From NCBI GenBank assembly GCA_965648935.1, contig CBFGIY010000028.1:1-27698 (forward strand): a DNA stretch of 27,698 bases, given 5' to 3'. Positions 19,880 through 27,698 of the stretch are shown here, piece after piece. The position numbers and the translations under genes were made by a program. Numbering within the stretch: position 1 is the first letter of the stretch; each line of letters opens with the position of its first letter. Source of the DNA: a candidate division WOR-3 bacterium. GTDB taxonomy: Bacteria; Hydrothermota; Tepidihabitantia; Tepidihabitantales; Tepidihabitantaceae. The notes beneath the pieces were generated by a model. It was not told where the DNA came from, made no database searches, and saw nothing but the letters and a program-made list of their open reading frames with translations.

Positions 19880-20518
19880 ATGCAAAAATGGGTCGTTGGC
19901 CTTCTGCTGCTCGGGGCAGCCTGTTTTGCTCCGCACGCGCAGACCCTCGGCCAGACCCAGGGCGCGCTTCCTCCGGGGTTTTTGACCGAAGACTGGGAGA
20001 ACCTCAAGCCCAGGACCGCGAGATACGCCGGTCGGTTCAAGGTGACCTACTACTGGGCCGTCGATGAGGCCGAGTATCCCGAAAACAAGTCCATTCCCAT
20101 CTACCTGGCCGACGGCTCACTGCTCGGACGTTTCGCGGACAACTTCGTGAAGGCTTTCAAGACTGAGGCCGCGGCCAACCTTCGGGACGGACGCAAGATA
20201 AGCTACCTCAAGAAGGCCAACCGGGCGATGGTTGTGGACCGATTCCTTGGGATTCGGGGCTACAAGCTGACAGACCTCAAGTCGATCGCAGTGGACCCGC
20301 GTATCATACCCATCGGTTCTGTTGTCTACATCCCGCAGGCCGAGAATGTCGTGATAGACGGCAGAAGGCACAACGGCATCTTCTACGCCCACGACATCGG
20401 CAGCGCGATACAGGGAAAGCACATCGACATCTTCCTCGGCAGCCGCAGCCTGATGGATGCTTTCATGTCAGCGGGTATGCGTAGTTCGAGCAGCGTCGAC
20501 ATCTACATCCTCGAATAG
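19880..20518 (+). CDS. Exported 3D (Asp-Asp-Asp) domain protein, MltA-like lytic transglycosylase fold (ATG 19880)
   Basis: Signal peptide MQKWVVGLLLLGAACFAPHA; SIAVDPRIIPIGSVVYIP, AHDIGSAIQGKHIDIF. Confidence 0.85.
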   Translation: MQKWVVGLLLLGAACFAPHAQTLGQTQGALPPGFLTEDWENLKPRTARYAGRFKVTYYWAVDEAEYPENKSIPIYLADGSLLGRFADNFVKAFKTEAAANLRDGRKISYLKKANRAMVVDRFLGIRGYKLTDLKSIAVDPRIIPIGSVVYIPQAENVVIDGRRHNGIFYAHDIGSAIQGKHIDIFLGSRSLMDAFMSAGMRSSSSVDIYILE

Positions 20519-21334
20519 CCGGCCGGGCGACACCGCCGGGTCAAACCAGGTCCGTTCACGCAGTATCTGCTCCAGGTGCTGGCGCCACCAGAACCGGTAA
20601 TGGTCGGCGAGCGTGGTCACGCGGACTCCGCGTCGGGCCAGCCAGTCAAGCAGGGCGGCGAAGTCGCTCGACGACCACTCGGTGAACACTGTCGGCCGCG
20701 GCACGATGCGGTGAAACAGCAGTATGGTCACATCCTGCCCGGCGATGCGGCGCTTGATCTCGGTCAGGCTGATCTCGCGGCGCAGTTCGACCGTGGGCAG
20801 ACGGTAGGGGTCGGTCCAGAAGTTCGGCAGTCCGGGCCGCACCGCCCGGCCGAGACGGTACCCGGCCTCACGCACCATATTGCGGACCTCGGCGTTCATG
20901 TCGCCGTAGGGGTAGACAAACGTAATGACCGGCTGGCCGAAGAGAGATTCAAGGTAGAACCTGGAGCCGTCTATCTCGCGCCAGGCCTGGGCCTGGCTGA
21001 CGCGGGTAAGCCAGGCGTGGCTCATCGAGTGGCTGGCTATCTCGATGGCGCAGGAGTCGATCATCTCCTGTACCTGCGCGCGCGACATGTAGGCGCCGGC
21101 GTGGCCGTAGGAGCCGCCCCTGCCTCTGACATAATCGCCGATGACACCGAGCGTGAGGGGCATACGATGGCGCTTGAGCAGCGGATAGACATTGGCGTAG
21201 ATCGAAACGTGGCCATCGTCGGCCGAGAGGATGACAGTCCGGCTCGACAGGTCCACAGTGTCGAGCGGGTCGACCGGCTCCGGCAGGGAGTCAGCCGCGG
21301 CCACGGCGCACAGCAGAGCTGTCAGCAGAAGCAC
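20468..21334 (-). CDS. Exported polysaccharide deacetylase (NodB/CE4)
   Basis: LSADDG, EIASHSMSH, FVYPYG, ILLFH motifs; short hydrophobic N-terminus. Confidence 0.88.
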   Translation of the reverse strand: MLLLTALLCAVAAADSLPEPVDPLDTVDLSSRTVILSADDGHVSIYANVYPLLKRHRMPLTLGVIGDYVRGRGGSYGHAGAYMSRAQVQEMIDSCAIEIASHSMSHAWLTRVSQAQAWREIDGSRFYLESLFGQPVITFVYPYGDMNAEVRNMVREAGYRLGRAVRPGLPNFWTDPYRLPTVELRREISLTEIKRRIAGQDVTILLFHRIVPRPTVFTEWSSSDFAALLDWLARRGVRVTTLADHYRFWWRQHLEQILRERTWFDPAVSPGRLFEDVDVDAARTTHTR

Positions 21335-21340
21335 TCCCGG

Positions 21341-21389
21341 ATTCTAGCACGGGCAAGGCCATTGACAAGCGAGCAAGGCCGGGCAAACT
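21341..21389. promoter_or_regulatory. Divergent promoters with overlapping -35 elements (deacetylase and nadE)
   Basis: Minus: TTGTCA (21368-21363), 16 bp ending TGc, TAGAAT (21346-21341), 6 nt, GTG. Plus: TTGACA (21362-21367), 16 bp, CAAACT (21384-21389). Confidence 0.6.
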
Positions 21390-21429
21390 CCACTGACCGG
21401 CGCCGCGCTGCGGCTCGGTCGCCTGTGCG

Positions 21430-23067
21430 ATGAAAGCGGCAATTGCCCAGCTCAATCCGACTGTCGGCGACGTCGCCGGCAATGTCGCGCTAGTGGCCGA
21501 CGCGCTGCAGCGGGCCGCGCGCGAGCGGCCGGACATTGTCGTCTTTCCCGAGCTCGCGCTGTGCGGCTATCCCCCGCGCGACCTGCTTGAACGGCAATGG
21601 TTCCTCAGGCGGCTGGACCGCGGGCTCGAAGCCGTATGCGAGCTGTCGCGCCGGCTGCCCGACATCGGCATCCTGCTGGGGACGGCCACGGCTTCCCGAA
21701 CCGAACCACGCCGGCTGCACAACAGCGCGGTTCTCCTGCTCGCCGGCGAAACGGTCTTTGTCCAACCCAAGCGGCTGCTGCCATCCTATGACGTGTTTGA
21801 CGAAGCGCGGTACTTCCGGCCCGGCGCTGAGAGCAGGGTCTGCCCCTTCAAGGGCGAGCGGCTCGGGATACTGGTGTGCGAGGACGCCTGGGCCGGGCCG
21901 GCCGGTACCGGGCAGAACAGGTACGACGCTGACCCGGCAGCGGACCTGGCCCGGGCCGGCGCGACGCTGCTGGTCAACATCTCGGCTTCGCCCTTCACCG
22001 CTGACAAGCACGAGGAACGGCTGGCTCTGTTCTCCGGCCACGCGCGCCGGCACGGCCTGCCCTTGCTTTTTGCCAATCAGGTCGGCGGCAATGACGAGCT
22101 GGTATTCGACGGCCGCAGCCTGGCGCTGGACTGCGCGGGCCGGCCGACCCTGACGATGCCCGCTTTCGAGACGGGGCTGGCGGTTGTCGACACGGCAACT
22201 CCGGGCTCAGACGAGCCTGTCCAGCCGCTGGAGCGCATCGAGGCGGTGCGCCGGGCTCTGGTGCTGGGCCTGCGCGACTACGCGCGCAAGTGCGGGTTCG
22301 AGCGGGTCGTGCTCGGGCTTTCCGGGGGCATCGATTCGGCCGTGGTCTGCTGTCTCGCGGTCGAGGCCCTGGGACCCGGGAATGTGCTGGGACTGACGAT
22401 GCCTTCGCGGTTTTCCTCTCGGGGCAGTATCGAGGATTCGCGGGCACTGGCCGCCAGTCTCGGCGTCGAGCTGCTGGAGATACCGATCGAACCGGTCCAC
22501 TCAGCCTACCTTGACCTGCTCGCGCCGCATTTCGCCGGCCGGGCGCCGGACGAAACCGAGGAGAACATTCAGGCCCGAATCCGGGGCAACCTGCTGATGG
22601 CTTTCGCCAACAAGCAGGGCAGGCTTGTCCTTTCGACCGGCAACAAAAGCGAGCTGGCGGTCGGTTACTGCACCCTCTACGGCGACATGAGCGGCGGCCT
22701 GTCGGTGCTGGCCGACGTGCCCAAGACCGTGGTGTACGAGCTGGCCCGGCGCATCAACCGCGACCGGCCGGTGATACCGCAGGCGACCATCGACAAGCCG
22801 CCTTCGGCCGAGCTGCGGCCGGGCCAGGCCGACAGCGACAGCCTGCCGCCATACGAGATTCTTGACCGGATCATGGAGCGCTACGTGGACGACGGCGCTT
22901 CGGCCGAGGACATCATCGCCGAGGGACTGCCCGAGGAGACAGTGCGCAGAGTAGTTGCTCTGGTCAATCGCAGCGAGCACAAGCGGCGCCAGGCGCCGCC
23001 CGGGATAAAGGTGTCGGCCAAGGCTTTCGGTATAGGCCGTCGCATGCCGATCGCGGCGCGGTACTAG
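21430..23067 (+). CDS. nadE: Glutamine-dependent NAD+ synthetase
   Basis: Nitrilase domain (VFPEL, K..LPSYDVFDE.RYF, VCED.W) plus synthetase domain (LGLSGGIDS, ENIQARIRG, TGNKSE, KPPSAEL, SEHKRRQAP). Confidence 0.97.
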   Translation: MKAAIAQLNPTVGDVAGNVALVADALQRAARERPDIVVFPELALCGYPPRDLLERQWFLRRLDRGLEAVCELSRRLPDIGILLGTATASRTEPRRLHNSAVLLLAGETVFVQPKRLLPSYDVFDEARYFRPGAESRVCPFKGERLGILVCEDAWAGPAGTGQNRYDADPAADLARAGATLLVNISASPFTADKHEERLALFSGHARRHGLPLLFANQVGGNDELVFDGRSLALDCAGRPTLTMPAFETGLAVVDTATPGSDEPVQPLERIEAVRRALVLGLRDYARKCGFERVVLGLSGGIDSAVVCCLAVEALGPGNVLGLTMPSRFSSRGSIEDSRALAASLGVELLEIPIEPVHSAYLDLLAPHFAGRAPDETEENIQARIRGNLLMAFANKQGRLVLSTGNKSELAVGYCTLYGDMSGGLSVLADVPKTVVYELARRINRDRPVIPQATIDKPPSAELRPGQADSDSLPPYEILDRIMERYVDDGASAEDIIAEGLPEETVRRVVALVNRSEHKRRQAPPGIKVSAKAFGIGRRMPIAARY

Positions 23068-23082
23068 GCCCGGGTCTTCGGT

Positions 23083-24672
23083 TCAGTTCTCCTGTACAGA
23101 CCTCAGCAGTTCGAGCGCGGGCGCGTGGCCCGGGTCGCGGTCCAGCGCGCGACGGGCATAGGCCAGCGCGCTGTCGGCCTGGCCCGCGCTGAGAAAGACC
23201 TGGCCGAGCCGGGTGAGAATCGAGGGCGAGTCCGGCTGAATCTCGTCGGCGATGCGCAGGTGGTGGGCCGCGCGGCGGATGTCGCCAAGCTCAAGAAAAA
23301 GCGAGGCGATCTGAAGATGGGCGGGCAGGTAATCCTGGTCGATGATTATCGCGCGGTTGTAGAGGCTGACCGCCGAATCGGGCCGGGTGGAGCGGAGCGC
23401 GTCGGCGAGCAGCGCGTACCCGATGGGCGAGTCGGGCGCTTCCCTGGCCATGGTCGCGGCCAGGCTGACCCGGTCGCGCCAGACCGCGGAACGGCGGATC
23501 GCGGCGACGCCCAGAATGACCGTCAGGACGAGCAGGCCGATTCCGGCCAGGTTGCGCAGTCGCGCGCGGCTGGACAGCAGGCGGGACAGCAGCGTGACGA
23601 TGATCAGCACGAGCCCGGCTGACGGCAGGTAGAGCAGGCGGTCGGTGGCCTGGTTGGCCAGCGGCAGCCAGTTCAACGCCGGCAGCAGGAAGAGAATGGT
23701 CCAGGCATAGCCCCAGAGAGTCACCCAGAAGCGCCGGCGCAGGGCGACCAGCGGCAGCGTGACGACGAACAGCACCGCGGCAATCACGGCGTCGGTCAGG
23801 CCGTGGTAGGCCGGGTCAGGCGGAAACAGGACCCGGTGCCGGAACGGCCAGAAAAACATCCGCAGGTAGAGCCCGAAGGTGTTGCCGGCATTCGCCAGCC
23901 GGGCAGCAAGCGGCGGGCCGGCCGTTGCGGGCGGCGGCACGGCCGAGCCCCGCAGCAGCAGGCAGGCGCCGAGCGCCGCGCCGACCGACGCGACGACCAG
24001 CCAGTAACGGCCGGTGTAGCGCGTGCCGGTCAGCGCCGGCGTCAGGGCAACGAGCAGCGGGAACAGCAGCGCGGTTTCCTTCGAAAGCAGGGCGAGGCCG
24101 AACCCGGTAGGCACGAGCAGCCACCACCACAGGCTGTGCTTGCGCTGGCCGCGCAGCAGGCCGACCGCAGCCAGCGCCGTGAACGCGCCGGCCAGCAGGT
24201 CGGCGCGCGCCGCGACATATGCGACCGGCTCGACGTGGGCCGGATGCGCGGTGAAGAGCAGGCCGCCGAGCAGGGCCCAGACCCCGGAGTGAAGCAATTC
24301 CCAGATGACGAGTGCGACAAGAACCGAAACCGCGATGTGGAGCAGGACATTGACGAGGTGGCCGCCCGAGGCAGCCGGGCCGAACAGCCGGCGCTGCAGC
24401 CAGAAGCTGGCGGTCGTGACCGGGCGATAGGTCGCCGCCTCGACCTCGGAAAGCAGGCTCGGGTCGTCGGGCCAGAAGCCGCGGCGCAGGGCCTCGGTCG
24501 GGTCCGGCCCGGTGACGGCGGGGTTATTGTCGGCAAGCCGGGCTTCGTCCCAGACCATGCCGAAGCGCAGGGTCGGCAGATAGAGCGCGGCCGCAGCCAG
24601 CGCGACGACCAGCAGCACGCCGGTCATGCCGCGCCGGGTGCGCAGCAGCTCGACAAGCGCGCGGCTGTTCAT
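23083..24672 (-). CDS. TMTC-like (GT-C fold) membrane glycosyltransferase with C-terminal TPRs
   Basis: VWDE, YRPV, HLVNVLLH, FTAHPAHVEPVAY..AR..LL, LLSKETA, DRLLYLPS, RSAVWRD, then TPR-like helices. Confidence 0.85.
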   Translation of the reverse strand: MNSRALVELLRTRRGMTGVLLVVALAAAALYLPTLRFGMVWDEARLADNNPAVTGPDPTEALRRGFWPDDPSLLSEVEAATYRPVTTASFWLQRRLFGPAASGGHLVNVLLHIAVSVLVALVIWELLHSGVWALLGGLLFTAHPAHVEPVAYVAARADLLAGAFTALAAVGLLRGQRKHSLWWWLLVPTGFGLALLSKETALLFPLLVALTPALTGTRYTGRYWLVVASVGAALGACLLLRGSAVPPPATAGPPLAARLANAGNTFGLYLRMFFWPFRHRVLFPPDPAYHGLTDAVIAAVLFVVTLPLVALRRRFWVTLWGYAWTILFLLPALNWLPLANQATDRLLYLPSAGLVLIIVTLLSRLLSSRARLRNLAGIGLLVLTVILGVAAIRRSAVWRDRVSLAATMAREAPDSPIGYALLADALRSTRPDSAVSLYNRAIIIDQDYLPAHLQIASLFLELGDIRRAAHHLRIADEIQPDSPSILTRLGQVFLSAGQADSALAYARRALDRDPGHAPALELLRSVQEN

Positions 24673-25274
24673 CGCGGCGCGCTCCCGGGCAGGCAGTTGA
24701 ACCCGGCTATCTCAGCCGGCGGGCGACGGTTGGTCCGGGCAGGAGCGCCTTCAGCGTCGGCATCCGGTTCCGCGCCGGCCGGGTACCCGACCGCGACCAG
24801 GCAGACCGGGCGCAGGCCGGTCCCTTTGAGCCGGAGATGCCGGACGCAGGCGCGGGCGTCGAACCAGCCGATCCAGCAGGTGCCGAGACCCTGCTCAGCC
24901 GCCGCGAGGACGAAGTGCTCGCCGGCGATTCCCGCGTCGACTAGCTGGAAGGCCGTGCCCTGGACAAGGGCGGCGGCGCGGTTGACCAAGAAGCTTTCCT
25001 TGATGAAGAGCACGGCGATGACCGGCGCGGCGGCGAACCTGCGCGACGGCGAGTACACGCCGGTGAACACGGCCTCAGCGAGCGCGGTCCGGGCCTCGGG
25101 GTCGTCGAACACGGCCCAGCGCGCCGGCTGCTTGTTGTCGGCCGACGGCGCGAGCCGGGCCGCTTCGAGGCAGTACTCGAGTTTCTCGCGCTCGACCGGC
25201 CGCTCGGCGAAACGGCGCACGGACCGGCGCCGACGGCAGAGGTCAAGGAAGCCGGCGCGGTTCGTGTCAGTCAT
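24669..25274 (-). CDS. Nitroreductase family protein (ATG 25274)
   Basis: RRSVRRF, EAARLAPSADNKQP, DAGIA, LAAAEQGLGTCWIG, VAVGYP; overlaps both neighbours. Confidence 0.93.
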   Translation of the reverse strand: MTDTNRAGFLDLCRRRRSVRRFAERPVEREKLEYCLEAARLAPSADNKQPARWAVFDDPEARTALAEAVFTGVYSPSRRFAAAPVIAVLFIKESFLVNRAAALVQGTAFQLVDAGIAGEHFVLAAAEQGLGTCWIGWFDARACVRHLRLKGTGLRPVCLVAVGYPAGAEPDADAEGAPARTNRRPPAEIAGFNCLPGSAPR

Positions 25275-26070
25275 TGTCGGCCTCAACCGGCTTCTCGTGT
25301 TCGGGCAGGAGCCGGGGCAGGACTGCGCCGGCGCGGTCCTCGAACCGGCAGTCGACGAGCGAGCTCAGACCGGTCTTGCGCGGGTTGACCTCGACCGCGA
25401 ACGCGCCGGCCTCGCGCGCCGCCCAGGTCCACTCGATGATGTAGCCGAAAGACGCCTCGGTGCCGACAACGAAGCACAGGTCGATGGCGCCGGCCAGCAG
25501 ATAGTCGCGCACCCAGTTCACCGGGGCCCACGGCAGGTTCTCGCCGAACCAGACCACGTCCGGCCGCATCACCTCGCCGCAGTGGCAGTAGGGCGGAATC
25601 TCGGCCAGCGGCACGTCGCGATTCTCGACGACGGTGCCGTCGCGCTCGCAGCGCATCCGCCAGAGCGAGCCGTGGATGTGAACCACGTCGGTGGAGCCGG
25701 CGCGCTCGTGCAGGTCATCGACGTTCTGGGTCACCACGAGCACGCGCCGGTCCGCGGTCTCAAGCCGGGCCAGCGCGAGGTGGGCCGGGTTGGGCTGGGC
25801 CGCAGCCGCGACCCGGCGTCGCTCGTCGTACCAGCGCCACACCTTTTCGGGGTCGCGCAGGAACGCCGCGCGGGTGGCGAAATCGAGCGGGTTGTCTTTC
25901 TGCCAGAGGCCGTCGTCGGTGCGGAAGGTGGGGATGCCGGACTCAGCCGAGATGCCGGCGCCAGTGATGGCAAGAACGTTGCGCGCCCGGGACAGCCGTT
26001 CACGGACTTCGGCCAGGTCGGTTTCGGAGTTTTCTCTCCCCGAAGTCCGGGTCCCGCTGTCGTCAGACAT
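25267..26070 (-). CDS. cobB: NAD-dependent protein deacylase, Sir2/CobB class III (ATG 26070)
   Basis: ITGAGISAESGIPTFR, WYDERR (YxxR), PNPAH, TQNVDDLHERAG, HIHGS, RPDVVWFGE. Confidence 0.92.
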   Translation of the reverse strand: MSDDSGTRTSGRENSETDLAEVRERLSRARNVLAITGAGISAESGIPTFRTDDGLWQKDNPLDFATRAAFLRDPEKVWRWYDERRRVAAAAQPNPAHLALARLETADRRVLVVTQNVDDLHERAGSTDVVHIHGSLWRMRCERDGTVVENRDVPLAEIPPYCHCGEVMRPDVVWFGENLPWAPVNWVRDYLLAGAIDLCFVVGTEASFGYIIEWTWAAREAGAFAVEVNPRKTGLSSLVDCRFEDRAGAVLPRLLPEHEKPVEADND

Positions 26071-26105
26071 CACGTGTTCACTGGGCAAGGCGCAACTACC
26101 TGCCG

Positions 26106-26133
26106 ATTCTAGTCGGTGACCGGGGAGTGTCAA
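26106..26133 (-). promoter_or_regulatory. Sigma70-type promoter of the cobB operon
   Basis: TTGACA (26133-26128), 16 bp, TAGAAT (26111-26106). Confidence 0.8.
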
Positions 26134-26194
26134 CCGGCCCGGGCCGAATCCCGGCCGAGACAGCTTTCGCTCGCCCGGTTCTGAAGGGGAAGTG

Positions 26195-26566
26195 TCAGGC
26201 CCGGCCGCCGGCGGATTCCGCGATGCGCGCCTTGACGATGCTTCTGACCAGCAAGGCGGGCAGGGGTTTATCGGGCGTGAAGTGGATGGTGCCCTTGGTC
26301 GTGCGGTAGTCCTTGAGCTTCGCCGCGTGACTGCGCATCACGGCCACGCTCATCGGGAAGAAACTGCAGTGGTCCTTGAATGCCGCGTAGCAGACCAGCC
26401 ACACCCGCTGGCGGACTGACGGCATTCCCCAGGCGAGGCCCTCCTCGGCATCGGGCGCGGCGGCGCGAATCTGGCCGCGCAGCCGCTCCATCACGGCCCG
26501 GTACTCGGGCTTGACCCGGGCGATGTAGGCATCAACCGCAGCGCTGCCGGCAGGTTGCTTCTTCAT
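26195..26566 (-). CDS. DUF1801 / YdhG-like protein
   Basis: VDAYI, LRGQIRAAAPDAEEGLAWGMP, YAAFKDHCSFFP, TKGTIHF..DKPLP..LVRSIVKARI. Confidence 0.88.
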   Translation of the reverse strand: MKKQPAGSAAVDAYIARVKPEYRAVMERLRGQIRAAAPDAEEGLAWGMPSVRQRVWLVCYAAFKDHCSFFPMSVAVMRSHAAKLKDYRTTKGTIHFTPDKPLPALLVRSIVKARIAESAGGRA

Positions 26567-26802
26567 ACTTCCAACGCGATTTCACCCAGCTGCTTTGCTC
26601 GGTCGCGCAGTGCATGACACCAAGTGGCCTCTGGCCGAACCGCCTCCTCCACGAGGGTCCAGCAGACCAACTGCCAAGCGAAGCTACAGGAACGGAAGCC
26701 CATCGGGCAGCCGCGTCGTGCGGGTGGTAGTCAACGGATTCGCTGTCCATGCGAAACTGCCGCCGTTCGAGCGGTCGCTAACAGCACTTTGCTCGGGGTG
26801 TG

Positions 26803-27540
26803 TCAGTTGACCTCCTGTGGCGGGGCACCGGGGATCAGCGGGTCGCAGGCTGAGACGAGCGTATAGCGCCGGGAGCGCGGGTCGTAGCGATACCACCAAG
26901 TCTGTCCGTTGGCAATGCTCTTCCTGTGTGATTCGTACAGCTCATCAACCCCGGACGCCGGCAGCTTTTCCATCCAGTACTTGAACCCAAGCATCACGCG
27001 GCCGTGAGTGACGATGAGCACGTCTTCACCCGGACGGCTGCGTCTGAGTGAGTTCAGGAACATGTGTACCCGTCCCCATGCTTCGGCGATGCTCTCGCCG
27101 CCGGGCGGTCGCGAATAGACGTGGCCGAAAAGCTCTTCGTGCTCTTTCCACCACGGGAAATGGGAGTGCGCTTCTTGAGCTGTCATCAGGAAGGTGTATC
27201 CTGGGTCGCGTTCCCGCAGGTCAAGGTGTGAGCGACGCTTGGCCGGGTCGCTCTCCGAGGGTGGCAGGACAGCGAGTATCAGGTCAAGCGTCTGGATACT
27301 GCGGGTGTACCCGGAATCAAAGTACACGTCGAATGACCGGAACCCCCAGTTGTCTCGGATGACGCGGCCGATCGCCGTTGCTTGCTGTCTGCCAATGTCA
27401 GTGAGCTCAACTCTGTGGTCGGGCACAGCTTTGACTTTGGCGCGTTGATCCTCGTCTTTGAGGAATCTCCCGTCTCGCAACACGCCATTACGGTCGGTCT
27501 CGCCGTGGCGAACTATGACGATGTTGCGCGGGTGCTGCAT
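26803..27540 (-). CDS. Histidine phosphatase / phosphoglycerate mutase family protein (ATG 27540)
   Basis: VRHGET, LTDIG..QA, SGYTRSIQT, LRER, PGGES, VTHG; SD GGGAGG upstream of ATG 27540. Confidence 0.92.
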   Translation of the reverse strand: MQHPRNIVIVRHGETDRNGVLRDGRFLKDEDQRAKVKAVPDHRVELTDIGRQQATAIGRVIRDNWGFRSFDVYFDSGYTRSIQTLDLILAVLPPSESDPAKRRSHLDLRERDPGYTFLMTAQEAHSHFPWWKEHEELFGHVYSRPPGGESIAEAWGRVHMFLNSLRRSRPGEDVLIVTHGRVMLGFKYWMEKLPASGVDELYESHRKSIANGQTWWYRYDPRSRRYTLVSACDPLIPGAPPQEVN

Positions 27541-27560
27541 GTCGTTAGTTCCTCCCGCCG

Positions 27561-27588
27561 AGTCTATGATCCCGACACGGCCTGTCAA
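27561..27588 (-). promoter_or_regulatory. Sigma70-type promoter of the histidine phosphatase
   Basis: TTGACA (27588-27583), 16 bp, TAGACT (27566-27561). Confidence 0.75.
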
Positions 27589-27698
27589 CACGGCGCAGAA
27601 ATGCTTCGCGCGTGTCACGGGCGTCAGATGTCCGTCGCGGCAATCGGCTCTTGCTGCTTGCTCGATTCCGGTCGGCCGCCGGCCCGGACAGATTTCGT

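Noticed and set aside
23803..26112. 769-aa plus-strand ORF
   Set aside because: Antisense shadow of three well-supported genes; Arg/Gly/Ala-rich with no motifs, as expected at high GC.

Overview
GC-rich chromosomal window of a diderm bacterium, mostly housekeeping genes. I see no transposase, integrase, phage or CRISPR signal. Two large secreted proteins with type IX secretion (T9SS) C-terminal sorting domains, a PorV/PorQ-like barrel and a KG-type Kelch-like propeller suggest the FCB-related candidate phylum WOR-3; this is inference and the 16S should be classified to confirm it. Gene order: HlyD adaptor (partial), small basic tandem SWIB-like protein, fabH, flavodoxin-like protein, aldehyde dehydrogenase, T9SS cargo 1, tRNA-Val(TAC), groES-groEL, FmdB zinc ribbon, T9SS cargo 2, a stand-alone 16S rRNA gene, convergent porV-like/yhaM-like/rsmG, yebC-ruvCAB, 3D-domain protein, polysaccharide deacetylase, nadE, and on the minus strand histidine phosphatase, DUF1801, cobB, nitroreductase and a TMTC-like glycosyltransferase. 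Best leads: (1) a monocistronic 16S unit facing a yhaM-rsmG pair, where rsmG has no canonical start and lies +1 to the yhaM stop; (2) a strongly basic protein made of two half-SWIB repeats; (3) structured leaders on both T9SS cargo genes; (4) a 16-bp promoter spacer bias and several apparently leaderless genes; (5) an insertion in the GroEL apical loop. All calls are by-eye motif recognition; no searches or folding were run.
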